Origin: a virus
Lineage: Duplodnaviria; Caudoviricetes
Virus record (IMG/VR): IMGVR_UViG_3300010362_000021
Coordinates: 1 to 52,534 of that record
Direction: 5' to 3' (one strand)
Length of the DNA: 52,534 nucleotides
Shown one piece after another: positions 1 to 9,782 of this stretch. Position 1 is the first letter of the stretch, and each line of letters begins with the position of its first letter. The notes under the pieces were generated by a model. It ran no database searches and had not been told where the DNA came from. It saw only the letters and a program-made list of their open reading frames with translations. The position numbers and the translations under genes are program-made.

Positions 1-9
1 CCTCCGCTC

Positions 10-1248
10 GTGCGGGAGCGGATTTCGTTTCGGGGTATTGACGTGAGCGAGCCCAACCATATCCGTGACCTGATTCCGGACCCCGCGAATCGGCGCCAGC
101 ACAACCCTCGGAACATCGGGATGGTGGTCGAGGCGCTGCAGGACGTCGGGGCGGCGCGGAGCATCGTCATCGATGAAAACAACCTGATTCTCGCGGGGAA
201 TGGCGTCACCGAGGCCGCAGCGGAGGCAGGCATCACGAAAGTGCGCGTGATCGAGGCAAGTGGCGACGAACTCGTCGCTGTGCGCCGCAAAGGGCTCTCA
301 GAGGCGCAGAAACGGGCGCTGGCGATCTACGACAACCGGACGGGGGAACTGGCGACGTGGAATTTCGAGCAGCTGGCGTCGGACAAAGCGGCTGGGCTGG
401 ACCTGCGGCCGTTCTGGACGGTGGAAGAGGAAGCGGCGCTGCTGGCGCGCCGACAGGGGCGCGAGGGTCTGACCGATCCGGATGCGATTCCGGCTGAGCG
501 ACCGACGGACATCCAGCGCGGCGATCTGTTCGTGCTCGGTGCGCACCGGCTGCTGTGCGGCGATGCGACGGATCAGGCGGACGTGCGACGGGTGCTCGAC
601 GGGTGCGAGCCGTTCTTGATGGTGACGGATCCGCCGTACGGCGTGAATTACGACCCGACGTGGCGTGCGAAAGCGGGCGTCAATCGCAACCCCGACAAGA
701 TGGGGCTCGTCCCGAACGACGACAACGCCGATTGGCGCGCGGCGTGGGCGTTGTTCCCGGGGACGGTCGCCTACGTCTGGCACTCGGGATTGAAGGCCAG
801 CATTGTCGAAGCCTCGCTGGTCGCGAACGGCTTCGAACTCCGCGCCCAGATCATCTGGGCGAAGGATCGGATGGCGTTGAGTCGCGGGGATTACCACTGG
901 CAGCACGAACCGCTCTGGTATGCGGTGCGTCCAGGCGCCGCCGCTCGGCGCACCGACGACCGCACGCAGACGACGGTGTGGAACATTCCGGCTCGCGACG
1001 ACAGCGGGCACGGACACGGCACGCAGAAACCCGTCGAGTGCATGGCGCGCCCGCTGCGGAATCACGAGACGCTCGACGTCTACGACCCCTTCTGCGGCAC
1101 GGGCACGACGATCATCGCGGCGGAGCAGCTGGCCCGCCGCTGCTTCGCCCTCGACCTCGAACCCACATACGTGCAAGTGACCATCGACCGCTGGGAAGCG
1201 TTCACGGGACAGCGCGCGGAGAAAGTCGGCGAGGCGGTTCATGCGTAG
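10..1248 (+). CDS. ParB-like domain fused to N4-C/N6-A DNA methyltransferase (beta class); start may be GTG at 43
   Basis: N-terminal ParB-like (N-x-R-x-H, SIVIDENNLILAGNG, DNRTGE); DPPYG motif IV, H-x-TQKP, then DPFCGTGTT motif I. Confidence 0.9.
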   Translation: MRERISFRGIDVSEPNHIRDLIPDPANRRQHNPRNIGMVVEALQDVGAARSIVIDENNLILAGNGVTEAAAEAGITKVRVIEASGDELVAVRRKGLSEAQKRALAIYDNRTGELATWNFEQLASDKAAGLDLRPFWTVEEEAALLARRQGREGLTDPDAIPAERPTDIQRGDLFVLGAHRLLCGDATDQADVRRVLDGCEPFLMVTDPPYGVNYDPTWRAKAGVNRNPDKMGLVPNDDNADWRAAWALFPGTVAYVWHSGLKASIVEASLVANGFELRAQIIWAKDRMALSRGDYHWQHEPLWYAVRPGAAARRTDDRTQTTVWNIPARDDSGHGHGTQKPVECMARPLRNHETLDVYDPFCGTGTTIIAAEQLARRCFALDLEPTYVQVTIDRWEAFTGQRAEKVGEAVHA

Positions 1249-1332
1249 CACATGGACGTGTTCGCACGCCTACGACTGCGTGCATTGGTGGCGCTGGTCG
1301 GCGGTCGTCTGTCAGCAACTGCGGCGGTGGGG

Positions 1333-1821
1333 ATGGCGATGAGAGGCGCGAAACCGCATCCGACGGCGCGCAAGAAGTTGATGGGCAATCCGGGTGGGCG
1401 TCCGCTCAATCCGGCTGAACCGGAATTCCCGCCGGCCGTTGAGACGCCGCCCGAGGAGATTGCGAGCGATGCGCGGGCGCTGACGGAGTGGCGACGGCTG
1501 CTGCCGATGATGCAAGCGGCGCACGCGATCACTGAGGCGGAGCGGGCGTCGTTGATTGCGCTCTGCCAGCAGTGGAGCCGGTATCTGCACGCCAACGCGA
1601 GTGTCGAGACGGCGGGCATGGTGATCCGGTCGCCCAGCGGCTATCCGATGCCGAATCCCTACATCGCGATTGCGAATCGGGCGCTGACCCACTGCACGCG
1701 GCTCTGGGCGGAACTCGGGCTCACGCCGTCGTCGCGGTCGCGCGTGCAGACCACGGGCCCGCGTGATCCGAAGGATCCGTTTGCCGAATTCGATGAGCCG
1801 ACCCATGCGACGCACCACTAA
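1333..1821 (+). CDS. terS: Terminase small subunit, P27 family
   Basis: RGAKPHPTARKKLMGNPGGRPLN start, PNPYIAIA, ELGLTPSSRSRV; lies directly before the large terminase. Confidence 0.9.
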   Translation: MAMRGAKPHPTARKKLMGNPGGRPLNPAEPEFPPAVETPPEEIASDARALTEWRRLLPMMQAAHAITEAERASLIALCQQWSRYLHANASVETAGMVIRSPSGYPMPNPYIAIANRALTHCTRLWAELGLTPSSRSRVQTTGPRDPKDPFAEFDEPTHATHH

Positions 1822-3502
1822 TCCCGTCGATAAATATGCGGCGGCAGTGGTCGCGGGCCGCACGCCTGCGGGCAACTATCACCGGCTCGCGTGCGTGCGG
1901 CACCTCCGCGACCGGGACCGCGAAGACACCGAGGCGTTTCCGTTCGTCTTCCGGTACGAACTGGCGGATCGGTTCTTCCGCTTCGCGGAGCAGCTGAAGC
2001 ACTACAAGGGGGAATGGGCGGGCCAGCAGATCGTCTTGCAAGACCACCAGAAGTTTCGGCTGGGATCGGTGTTCGGCTGGATCCATGCCGACACGGAGCT
2101 GCGACGGTTCCGCACGGCCTATAACGAGATCCCGCGCAAGAACGGCAAGTCGCTCGAAGCGGCTGCCGTAATGCTCTACGTCACGTTTTACGACGGCGAA
2201 CCAGGCGCCGAGGGGTATTGCATCGCGACGAAACGCGATCAAGCGAAGTTGGTCTTCAATGACTGCAAACACCTCGTCCGATCCTCCCCGCTGCGGTCGC
2301 GCATCGGCGTGCACGTGTCGAATCTCCATCGGGAAGCCACGACGTCGAAATTGGAACCGCTCGGCGCCGACCACGATTCGACCGACGGCCTGAATCCCAG
2401 CGCGGTCTGCGCGGACGAGTTGCACGCTTATCGGGATCGGCACCTGCTCGACGTCATGGAGACGGCGACGGGGGCACGGCGCCAGCCGCTGTTCTTCAAG
2501 ATCACGACGGCGGGCGACGATCCGGTGAGCCCGGGCGGCGACGAGCACGACTACGCGTGCAAGATTCTCGATGGCGTCCTGACCGACGAGACCTACTTCG
2601 CGTTCATCTCGCACGCCGACGAGGGCGACGACTGGCTGGCGGAGCGGACGTGGCAGAAGGCGAATCCGAACTGGAAAGTGTCGGTCAAGCCCGACGATAT
2701 GCGGGCCCTCGCCGCGAAGGCGAAGGGCATCCCCGCCGCCGCCGCCACCTTCAAACAGAAACGGCTGAACCTCTGGGTCAATGCCACCGCGCCGTGCCTG
2801 TCGATTGAGGGGTGGAAACGCGGGCAGTCGCAGATCCCGCGCGAGGAGTTTGAAGCGGCGCTGGAACACGAGCCGTGTTTTGCGGGGATCGATCTGGCGT
2901 CGAAGTTGGACCTCTGTGCCCTCGCGTTGGTCTTTCCGCCCGCGCCTGGACGCGCAGACATTCGACTGATCCTCCGCATCTGGACGCCCGAAGAGACGCT
3001 CGTCGAACGCGGCCATCGCGACCGCGCACCGTATCGCGTCTGGCACGAGCAGGGCTGGCTGCAGACGACCCCGGGGACGCGCATCGATCATCAAGTCGTC
3101 CGCGAGACGCTCGCCGCCTTTCGCACGCGTTACGACATCGAACAGATCGGCTTCGACCCGTGGCACGCCGACACGCTCATCACGCAGTTGATCAACGAGG
3201 ACGGCTACGCGGAGACGCAGGTGATCCCGGTGCCGCAGACCTATGCGGGGATGAGTTCCGCCTGTCTGCGGATCCAAGCGGACATTCTGGCGGGCATGGT
3301 CGACGCGTGCAGCTGCCCCGTCACGACGTGGGCCGTGTCGAACGTGGTCGACCAGCACGACGGCAAAGGGAATCTGATGTTCGCCAAGGGCAAGAGTCGC
3401 GGACGCATCGACCCGATCATCGCCGCCACGATTGGCACGTCGTTGTTTCTACGGCGCCCGACGCAGGCGGTCGATGACGGGGTCATGGCGGAGTGGCTGT
3501 GA
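1793..3502 (+). CDS. terL: Terminase large subunit (start 1793 or 1805)
   Basis: Walker A IPRKNGKS, Walker B ADELH, ITTAG, nuclease GIDLAS, FDPW, RIDPIIA. Confidence 0.96.
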   Translation: MSRPMRRTTNPVDKYAAAVVAGRTPAGNYHRLACVRHLRDRDREDTEAFPFVFRYELADRFFRFAEQLKHYKGEWAGQQIVLQDHQKFRLGSVFGWIHADTELRRFRTAYNEIPRKNGKSLEAAAVMLYVTFYDGEPGAEGYCIATKRDQAKLVFNDCKHLVRSSPLRSRIGVHVSNLHREATTSKLEPLGADHDSTDGLNPSAVCADELHAYRDRHLLDVMETATGARRQPLFFKITTAGDDPVSPGGDEHDYACKILDGVLTDETYFAFISHADEGDDWLAERTWQKANPNWKVSVKPDDMRALAAKAKGIPAAAATFKQKRLNLWVNATAPCLSIEGWKRGQSQIPREEFEAALEHEPCFAGIDLASKLDLCALALVFPPAPGRADIRLILRIWTPEETLVERGHRDRAPYRVWHEQGWLQTTPGTRIDHQVVRETLAAFRTRYDIEQIGFDPWHADTLITQLINEDGYAETQVIPVPQTYAGMSSACLRIQADILAGMVDACSCPVTTWAVSNVVDQHDGKGNLMFAKGKSRGRIDPIIAATIGTSLFLRRPTQAVDDGVMAEWL

Positions 3503-6081
3503 TGCCGACCGAAACGCTCACGATCACACGGCCGAAAGTCTCTTTGATGCAGCGGGTGCGCGCCTCGATGGAGGCGGCGCGGTCCTCGTGGTGGGGCCCG
3601 TTCTCCACGAAAGACACGGGCGGCTGGTTCGGATCGAGTCCGGTCGCCGGCGGCGTCGTCGTCAATGCGGAGACGGCGATGGCGTACTCGCCCTTCTTCG
3701 CAGGCGTCGAATTGATTTCTCGAGATGTGGCCTCGCTGCCGCTCTTCCTCTACAAACGGATTCAGCCGTTCGGGAAGACCCGCTATCTCGATTCCAGGCT
3801 CTACACGATCCTCCACGACGAATTCAATCCCGAGATGTCGTCCATGGTCGCCCGCGAAACGATGCAGGCACACGTGCTCACGTGGGGCAATGCGTACGCG
3901 GAAATCGAACGGGATGCCGCAGGGCGGGTCGTGGCGATCTGGCCGCTCACGCCTGATCGCGTCTCGGTGCTGCGCGACTACAACACCGGAGCCATCTCTT
4001 ACCATGTGCGCGGCTGGAACAACCCCGATGTGATCGTTCCCGCCAGCGACATGATTCACATCCCCGGGCTCGGCTACGACGGGATCATGGGCTACTCGGT
4101 CATCAGCAAGGCCCGCGAATCACTCGGGCTCGGGTTGGCCGCGGAGACGTTCGGCTCGACGTTCTTCGGCAATGGCGCGACCTTCGGCGGCGTGATCACG
4201 TGGCCGGGGCCGCGCCCGACCGAACTCGCGGAGAAGAATTACCGCGAGTCGCTCGAAGCGAAACATGCGGGGCCCGCCAAGGCGCACCGCATCCTCGCCC
4301 TCTACAACGGCGCGAAGTACGAACGCTTCGGGATCCCGCCCAACGATGCGCAGTTCATCGAGACGCGAAAATTCCAGGCGGAAGAGATGGCGCGCTGGCT
4401 GCTGGTCCCGCCGCACAAGATCGGGATCATGGACCACGCGACGTTCAGCAACATCGAGCAGCAGAACCTCGATTACGTGCAGACGACGTTGCGCGCGTGG
4501 CTGGTGCGCTGGGAACAGGAACTCAATCGCAAAGTCATCGCGCCGCTCGAACGCAAGATTCAATTCTGCGAGCACCTCGTGGACGGCCTGCTGCGCGGCG
4601 ACATCGAGAGCCGGTATCGCGCGTATGCCGTCGGCCGTCAGTGGGGCTGGCTCTCGGCGAACGATGTCTGCGAACGGGAAAACCTCGACCCGCTCCCGGG
4701 CGATCAAGGCGACGTGTATCTGGTGCCCGCGAACATGTGGCCCGCCGACAAGATTCCCGATCCGACGGCGAAGACGCCGCCGGCGCCCAGCGTCGAAGCG
4801 ACGCCACCAGCGCCCACCGACCAGCAGATCAACGCGCTGACGGAGGCCCTCGCCAAGGCGCAGGAGCAGCTGCAGGCCCGCGCGGACGCGCTGAAGGATC
4901 TGGAATCGCAACGACAAGCACGCAGCGACGTCGAGTGGCAGAAATTCAACGAGGCGGTCGACAAGGCGCAGGCGGCGGTCGCGGAACAGACGCGGCAGGT
5001 CGTCACGTTGACCTTGGCGAAGGATGACGCGGAGCGGGCGCGGGTCGAGGCCGAGGCGCACGCCGCCGCCAACGACAAGGCGCACCTCTTCGAGAAGGCC
5101 CGCGCTGATGCGGCGGTCGAAGCGGAACAAAAACTCGGCGCCCTCGCCACCGCCTTGCGCGAAGCGGAGGCTCGCGCGGTGGAAGCGGCAGCCCATGCGG
5201 ACGAGGCGCGCCGCCGCGCGGAGCAGGCCACCGCGACCGAGACCACGGCGCGGCAGGAGGCCGAGGCGCTGGCGGATAAGGCATGGGCGGAACAGGCCCA
5301 CCTCACCCAGCAGGTGACCACGGCGGAGCAGGAGCGGACCCGGGCGATGGAGGCGGCGGCGCAGGCCGAGGCCGCCTATCACGACGCCGCGACGCAGCTG
5401 GAGACCGCCACCGCAGCCCGGGAGCAGGCGGACGCCCAGCTGTCGACGGCAGTGATCGCCTATCAAGACGAAGTGGGCCGCACGCAGCAGTTGCAGGCGC
5501 GAGTGGCCAATCTGGAAGCGGGGCTGACGGCGATGCAAGAGGCGCGGGAACTGGCCGAAACGAATGCCGCCATCAAGGCCGCGCAGGACGGCGAGGGGCG
5601 GCGGCTACTGGAGCAGGCCACCCGGGAAGCGAAGCAGGGCGCCGCGGAAATGGTGGCCCGCGTGGAGGCGCAGCTGCGCTGCGTGCGCCTCGCCCACCGC
5701 GGGCTCTTTGTCGATGCCTTGCAGCGGTTGCTGCAGCGGGAAATCGACCGCGCCCGCCGTGCGCAGGTCAGCTTCGAGAAATTCCACGCATGGGTCGCCA
5801 CGTTCTATCCCGTGCACGCCGACGTCTGCCGCGAGGCGCTGCGGCCCCTCGTTGTCGCGTGGGTCGCGTGCACCAATCAGGAGGCCGAGGCCGACGCCTT
5901 GCTCGCGCGGATCGTGCACGAGCACATCTCGACCTCGGTGCGCCAGCTGGAGGCGGTCGCACAGCAGGACCGCGATCACGACCAGTTCATTGCGGATCTG
6001 GATCGGCTGCTGCGGCGCTGGGAATCGACGCGGGCGGATGAGACGGCCGACCGTCTGATCCGTGAAGGATTGACATCATGA
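3502..6081 (+). CDS. HK97-family portal protein with a C-terminal extension of about 440 aa (coiled coil)
   Basis: First ~415 aa: WGNAYAEI, GYDGIMGYS, DAQFIETRKF, TFSNIEQQ, LLRGD, GDVYLVPAN; then Pro linker and Ala/Glu/Gln-rich helix; TGATG overlap with terL. Confidence 0.92.
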   Translation: MPTETLTITRPKVSLMQRVRASMEAARSSWWGPFSTKDTGGWFGSSPVAGGVVVNAETAMAYSPFFAGVELISRDVASLPLFLYKRIQPFGKTRYLDSRLYTILHDEFNPEMSSMVARETMQAHVLTWGNAYAEIERDAAGRVVAIWPLTPDRVSVLRDYNTGAISYHVRGWNNPDVIVPASDMIHIPGLGYDGIMGYSVISKARESLGLGLAAETFGSTFFGNGATFGGVITWPGPRPTELAEKNYRESLEAKHAGPAKAHRILALYNGAKYERFGIPPNDAQFIETRKFQAEEMARWLLVPPHKIGIMDHATFSNIEQQNLDYVQTTLRAWLVRWEQELNRKVIAPLERKIQFCEHLVDGLLRGDIESRYRAYAVGRQWGWLSANDVCERENLDPLPGDQGDVYLVPANMWPADKIPDPTAKTPPAPSVEATPPAPTDQQINALTEALAKAQEQLQARADALKDLESQRQARSDVEWQKFNEAVDKAQAAVAEQTRQVVTLTLAKDDAERARVEAEAHAAANDKAHLFEKARADAAVEAEQKLGALATALREAEARAVEAAAHADEARRRAEQATATETTARQEAEALADKAWAEQAHLTQQVTTAEQERTRAMEAAAQAEAAYHDAATQLETATAAREQADAQLSTAVIAYQDEVGRTQQLQARVANLEAGLTAMQEARELAETNAAIKAAQDGEGRRLLEQATREAKQGAAEMVARVEAQLRCVRLAHRGLFVDALQRLLQREIDRARRAQVSFEKFHAWVATFYPVHADVCREALRPLVVAWVACTNQEAEADALLARIVHEHISTSVRQLEAVAQQDRDHDQFIADLDRLLRRWESTRADETADRLIREGLTS

Positions 6082-6686
6082 AACCGACACTCGTCCATTC
6101 AGCGGACCTTGAATACCGGACACTCGCCGAAGCCCGTGTGAATGTGGATCGGGCGCACCGCCTGGACGGCCTCGCCATCGTGTTCAATTCGCAGTCGGTC
6201 GACCTCGGCGGGTTCGTGGAAGTGATCGCGCCCGAGGCCGTCGACCGCACGTTGGCGGGCGGCGCCGATGTGCGGGCGCTGGTCGATCACGATGCCGCGA
6301 AGATTCTCGGACGCACCCGCGCGGGCACGCTCACGATGCGCAAAGAGTCGCGCGGGCTCCGGGTCCGCATCGAGACCGATCCGGAAATCAGCTACGTCAA
6401 GGATCTGCTGCGCTCGGTGGACCGCGGCGACGTGTCGGGCATGTCGTTCGGGTTTCGCGTGATGCCGAATGGCGACGATTGGGATTTCAACCAGAGCCCG
6501 CCGCTGCGCACGATCTACGACATGCAAGTCCGCGAGGTCAGCGTCGTCACCTTCCCCGCCTACGAGGCCACGAACGTGGACATCGCCATGCGCTCGATGC
6601 TGGAGTGTCGCAGTGCCCACGGGCTCAACGGGTCGCGCCTCGGCTGGCTGAAACGCTGGCACGCGATCCGGGTGGCCGGGGGCTAA
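6078..6686 (+). CDS. HK97-family prohead maturation protease
   Basis: DLGGFVEVIAPEA, ALVDHD (catalytic His), GDVSGMSFGF (catalytic Ser), EVSVVTFPAY. Confidence 0.95.
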   Translation: MKPTLVHSADLEYRTLAEARVNVDRAHRLDGLAIVFNSQSVDLGGFVEVIAPEAVDRTLAGGADVRALVDHDAAKILGRTRAGTLTMRKESRGLRVRIETDPEISYVKDLLRSVDRGDVSGMSFGFRVMPNGDDWDFNQSPPLRTIYDMQVREVSVVTFPAYEATNVDIAMRSMLECRSAHGLNGSRLGWLKRWHAIRVAGG

Positions 6687-6880
6687 GGCTTCTGCTTCGC
6701 AGCGTTGATCCACTGCTCCGCCAGCTGCGCGGTCTCGCGGGCGTCGTACCGCACCGCGCGCAGCCCCGGCAGTTCGATGCGGGTCAGCAATCCCTGCCGT
6801 TCGAATTTCAAAACCTGTGACTCACTGACCCCCAGCTTTTTCGCGACGTCTCGTCGGCGTTCCAATAACACATCGCTCAT
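6683..6880 (-). CDS. Small MerR/excisionase-like HTH protein (65 aa)
   Basis: RRRDVAKKLGVSESQVLKFERQGLL...VRYD. Confidence 0.7.
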   Translation of the reverse strand: MSDVLLERRRDVAKKLGVSESQVLKFERQGLLTRIELPGLRAVRYDARETAQLAEQWINAAKQKP

Positions 6881-6939
6881 AGCGGCGTATAGAACCACAC
6901 CGCGCTGGGTGTGTCCACTCCGCGTTCCATGGACACACA

Positions 6940-7296
6940 CTACGGGCTCCCGCGCACGCTCTCGCTGACCCGTCGGCAAATCTCCTGATGCCCGCGGAAC
7001 GCCTCCTCGCGCGAGGTGTACCGCATCTGCAGGCCATCGAGGAGCCCGCCCAGCACCATCGTTTCCCACAGCACCGGAGGCCCGCCGCCGAATGAATGAT
7101 CGAGGCCGAGGAACACGGTGGAGACCAGAATCTCCAGCCCGTTCGCGCCCTCATCCCGGTCATGGGCGAGCACGCGTTCGCGGGTGCCGACGGTCCCTTC
7201 GAACCACTCGGCCCACGCCAGAAAGTCCTCGCATAGCTGCGGGTCACCGTTCGCGTCGAGGATGTAGTGCCCCAGCAGCCGTGGCCATTCCGCCAT
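6940..7296 (-). CDS. Hypothetical phage protein
   Basis: 118 aa globular composition (VSTVFLGLDHSFGGGPPVLWETMV); TAAAAT -10-like hexamer 8 nt upstream on the - strand. Confidence 0.7.
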   Translation of the reverse strand: MAEWPRLLGHYILDANGDPQLCEDFLAWAEWFEGTVGTRERVLAHDRDEGANGLEILVSTVFLGLDHSFGGGPPVLWETMVLGGLLDGLQMRYTSREEAFRGHQEICRRVSESVRGSP

Positions 7297-7322
7297 CGCC
7301 CGTCATTTTAATCACACGACCA

Positions 7323-7363
7323 CAAGCTGTAGGGATAGCTCGCCCCCGCGCGCCCTGCACAAT
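7323..7363 (+). promoter_or_regulatory. Putative late promoter 1: CAAGCTGTAGGG-N23-CACAAT
   Basis: One of four identical 12-mers with the same spacing to a CAnnnT hexamer; upstream of the major capsid gene. Confidence 0.75.
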
Positions 7364-7497
7364 CGCCCGCGTACTTCTAAGAGCAGTCCACGGCTGACGG
7401 CGATCAGCCTGCTGCTCGCCCATCTGCGAAGTGCCTCCCAGCGGCGATTGGGACACGACGCCTCAAACGCAATTCCGACTTTTGAGGATGTGTCGCT

Positions 7498-8904
7498 ATG
7501 CCCAATCCCCAAGTGCAAGACCTCCTGCAGCGCAAATCCGAATTGATTCAGCAGACCGGCGCGATTCTGTCGAAGGCCGCTGATGAGAAACGCTTCGACC
7601 TGCAGGGCGACGAGCAAAAAAGTTTCGACACGCTGCACGACGAACTCGAACGCATCAACAAACACCTCGACCGCATCGCGAAGCAAGCGGCGGCGACCGA
7701 AGGCGACGGCCGACGTACCGAACCGCCTCCGCCCGATCCAAATGCGCAACGGCAACAGCGCCAGATGGGTAGTGGCCGCATTACCGAGGCCGACCGCCAA
7801 GAGGCGTTCCGCGCATGGGCCTTGGGCGGCACGAAGGTGGAACTCAGTGAGGCCCAGCGTGACCTCGCCAAACGGTGTGGCTTCGACGTCGACAAGAAGC
7901 TGATCAACCTCCACTTCGGGCCCGCGATGAAACCGACGCGGTACACCGAAGACGGGCTCGTGCTCCAACCCGAGGATCTGCGGACGTGGCAGATCGCGAT
8001 GGATGAAAAACGCGCGGCCTTGACGGGCGCGCAATCGACCACGACCACGGGCGGCTATACCACGGCGGACGCCACGATGCGCGCGTTGGAAGTGGCGTTG
8101 CTGGCGTTCGGCGGGATGCGTACCAACTCCACGGTCATCCGCACCGATACCGGAGGCCCGCTGCCGATTCCGACGACGAACGACACCGGGAACAAAGGCG
8201 AAATCATCGGCGAGAACCTGACGAGTAACGAACTGGAGATGACGTTCGGCCAGCTGGTCCTGAACGCCTACAAGTACTCCAGCAAGTACATCCTCGCGTC
8301 GATTGAGTTCATGCAAGACAGCTCGATCAACGTCGCGGAGTTCATCGGCTCCGCCCTCGGCGACCGCATTGGCCGCATCCAGAACGATCACTTCACCACC
8401 GGCACCGGCACCGGCCAACCGAAAGGCATCGTGGCCGCAGCGGCGGCATCGGGTGTGACGGGCTCGGGGCAGACGACCGTCAGCTACGACAACATCGTGG
8501 ATTTGATCCACAGCGTCGACCCCGCGTACCGCAGCAACGGGCGGTTCATGTTCCACGACGGCGGGCTCAAGATGCTGAAGAAGATCAAGGCGCTGCAGTA
8601 CAGCGGTGACACCACGGGCGTGCCGCTGTGGCAGCCGTCCTTGGTCGCGGGCCAACCGGATCTGATCCTCGGCTATCCCTACACCGTCAACCAGTCGATG
8701 GCGACGCCGGCGACGACGGTGAAGTCGATCCTCTTCGGCGACTTCAGCAAATACCTGATTCGCGACGTCCTGCAAATCGAACTGCGACGTCTCGATGAAC
8801 GGTTCGCCGAATTCGGACAGGTCGCGTTCCTCGCCTTCGCGCGAGCGGACGGCAACCTCCTCGATGCGGGCACCAACCCGGTCAAGTACCTCGTGCAAGC
8901 GTGA
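7498..8904 (+). CDS. Major capsid protein, HK97 fold with N-terminal delta domain
   Basis: Coiled-coil N-terminus, GGYT, GTGTGQPKGI, PLWQPS, ILGYP, ILFGDFSKYLIRD, F-x-R-x-DG. Confidence 0.95.
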   Translation: MPNPQVQDLLQRKSELIQQTGAILSKAADEKRFDLQGDEQKSFDTLHDELERINKHLDRIAKQAAATEGDGRRTEPPPPDPNAQRQQRQMGSGRITEADRQEAFRAWALGGTKVELSEAQRDLAKRCGFDVDKKLINLHFGPAMKPTRYTEDGLVLQPEDLRTWQIAMDEKRAALTGAQSTTTTGGYTTADATMRALEVALLAFGGMRTNSTVIRTDTGGPLPIPTTNDTGNKGEIIGENLTSNELEMTFGQLVLNAYKYSSKYILASIEFMQDSSINVAEFIGSALGDRIGRIQNDHFTTGTGTGQPKGIVAAAAASGVTGSGQTTVSYDNIVDLIHSVDPAYRSNGRFMFHDGGLKMLKKIKALQYSGDTTGVPLWQPSLVAGQPDLILGYPYTVNQSMATPATTVKSILFGDFSKYLIRDVLQIELRRLDERFAEFGQVAFLAFARADGNLLDAGTNPVKYLVQA

Positions 8905-8961
8905 ACCTCTCGATGCCGACGGGGCCAGTGGATTGCCGCTGGCCCCGGGCGAGACGTCTCC

Positions 8962-9171
8962 ATGATCCTCAGATTCCTCCGTACGACGCCGTCGTCCAGT
9001 CCGGATTTTCCCTTTCAACCGGGGCAACGCATCGCGGTCACGAAACTGACCGCGGAGATGCGCGCGTGGATCAAGGACGGCGCGGCGGAAGTGGTCCGCG
9101 GCGAGGCCTTGGAAGTCAGCGATGAACCGGATCCCGACGATGCGGTCACCCCGAAAGGACGCCCGTCGTGA
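8962..9171 (+). CDS. Small head-associated hypothetical protein
   Basis: 69 aa between capsid and connector; GTGA overlap with the next gene. Confidence 0.65.
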   Translation: MILRFLRTTPSSSPDFPFQPGQRIAVTKLTAEMRAWIKDGAAEVVRGEALEVSDEPDPDDAVTPKGRPS

Positions 9172-9782
9172 TGCCCATTCCGCTGGCGGCGGTGCATGTC
9201 CCCGTCGCCTGGACACGCATCGTCGGGCCGAAGATCGAGCCGATCACGATTGAAGAGGCGCAGGACCAAGTGCGCCTCACCACGGATGACGACAACGCGA
9301 ATCTCGCGCGCTACATCGCTGCCGCCCGGGATGCGGCGGAGGAAACGCTCTCGCGCGGATTGCTGACCCAGACGTGGGTCTTGCAGCGCGACAGTTGGGC
9401 CGACGCGATCTGGCTCCCCATGGCGGCGCCGCTCCAGATCGACACGCCGCCCACCGTCTCGTACTACGACGCCGACGGCGTGCAGCAGGTGCTGTCCACG
9501 AGCAGTTACATCGTGGACACGATCAGCCGCCCCGCGCGGCTACTCCGCGCCGCCAATGCCGTCTGGCCCGCGATGCAGAGCGACCGCATGGCCGGGATCC
9601 AGATCACCTACGTGGTCGGGTGGAAGACGCCCGCCGACGTGCCCGCCCGCATCAAGCAGGGCATCCGTCAATACGTCGCCTATCTCGATGCCGACCGCGA
9701 AGGCATGGAAGTGCAAGCGGAGAACGCGCTGAAGGCGGCGGAGCGGTGCTGGGACGACCGCGTCTTCTGGATCGAAACATGA
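9168..9782 (+). CDS. Head-tail connector (HK97 gp6/SPP1 gp15-like)
   Basis: EPITIEEA, YIAAAR..AE..LSRGLLTQTW, VPARIKQGI; position after the capsid gene. Confidence 0.88.
   Translation: MMPIPLAAVHVPVAWTRIVGPKIEPITIEEAQDQVRLTTDDDNANLARYIAAARDAAEETLSRGLLTQTWVLQRDSWADAIWLPMAAPLQIDTPPTVSYYDADGVQQVLSTSSYIVDTISRPARLLRAANAVWPAMQSDRMAGIQITYVVGWKTPADVPARIKQGIRQYVAYLDADREGMEVQAENALKAAERCWDDRVFWIET

Noticed and set aside
7312-9216. Long antisense ORFs (for example 7312-9216, 1721-3358, 13584-15143, 49459-50955, and 27224-28885 on +)
   Set aside because: They mirror well-supported genes on the other strand, which is expected in high-GC DNA, and carry no motifs of their own
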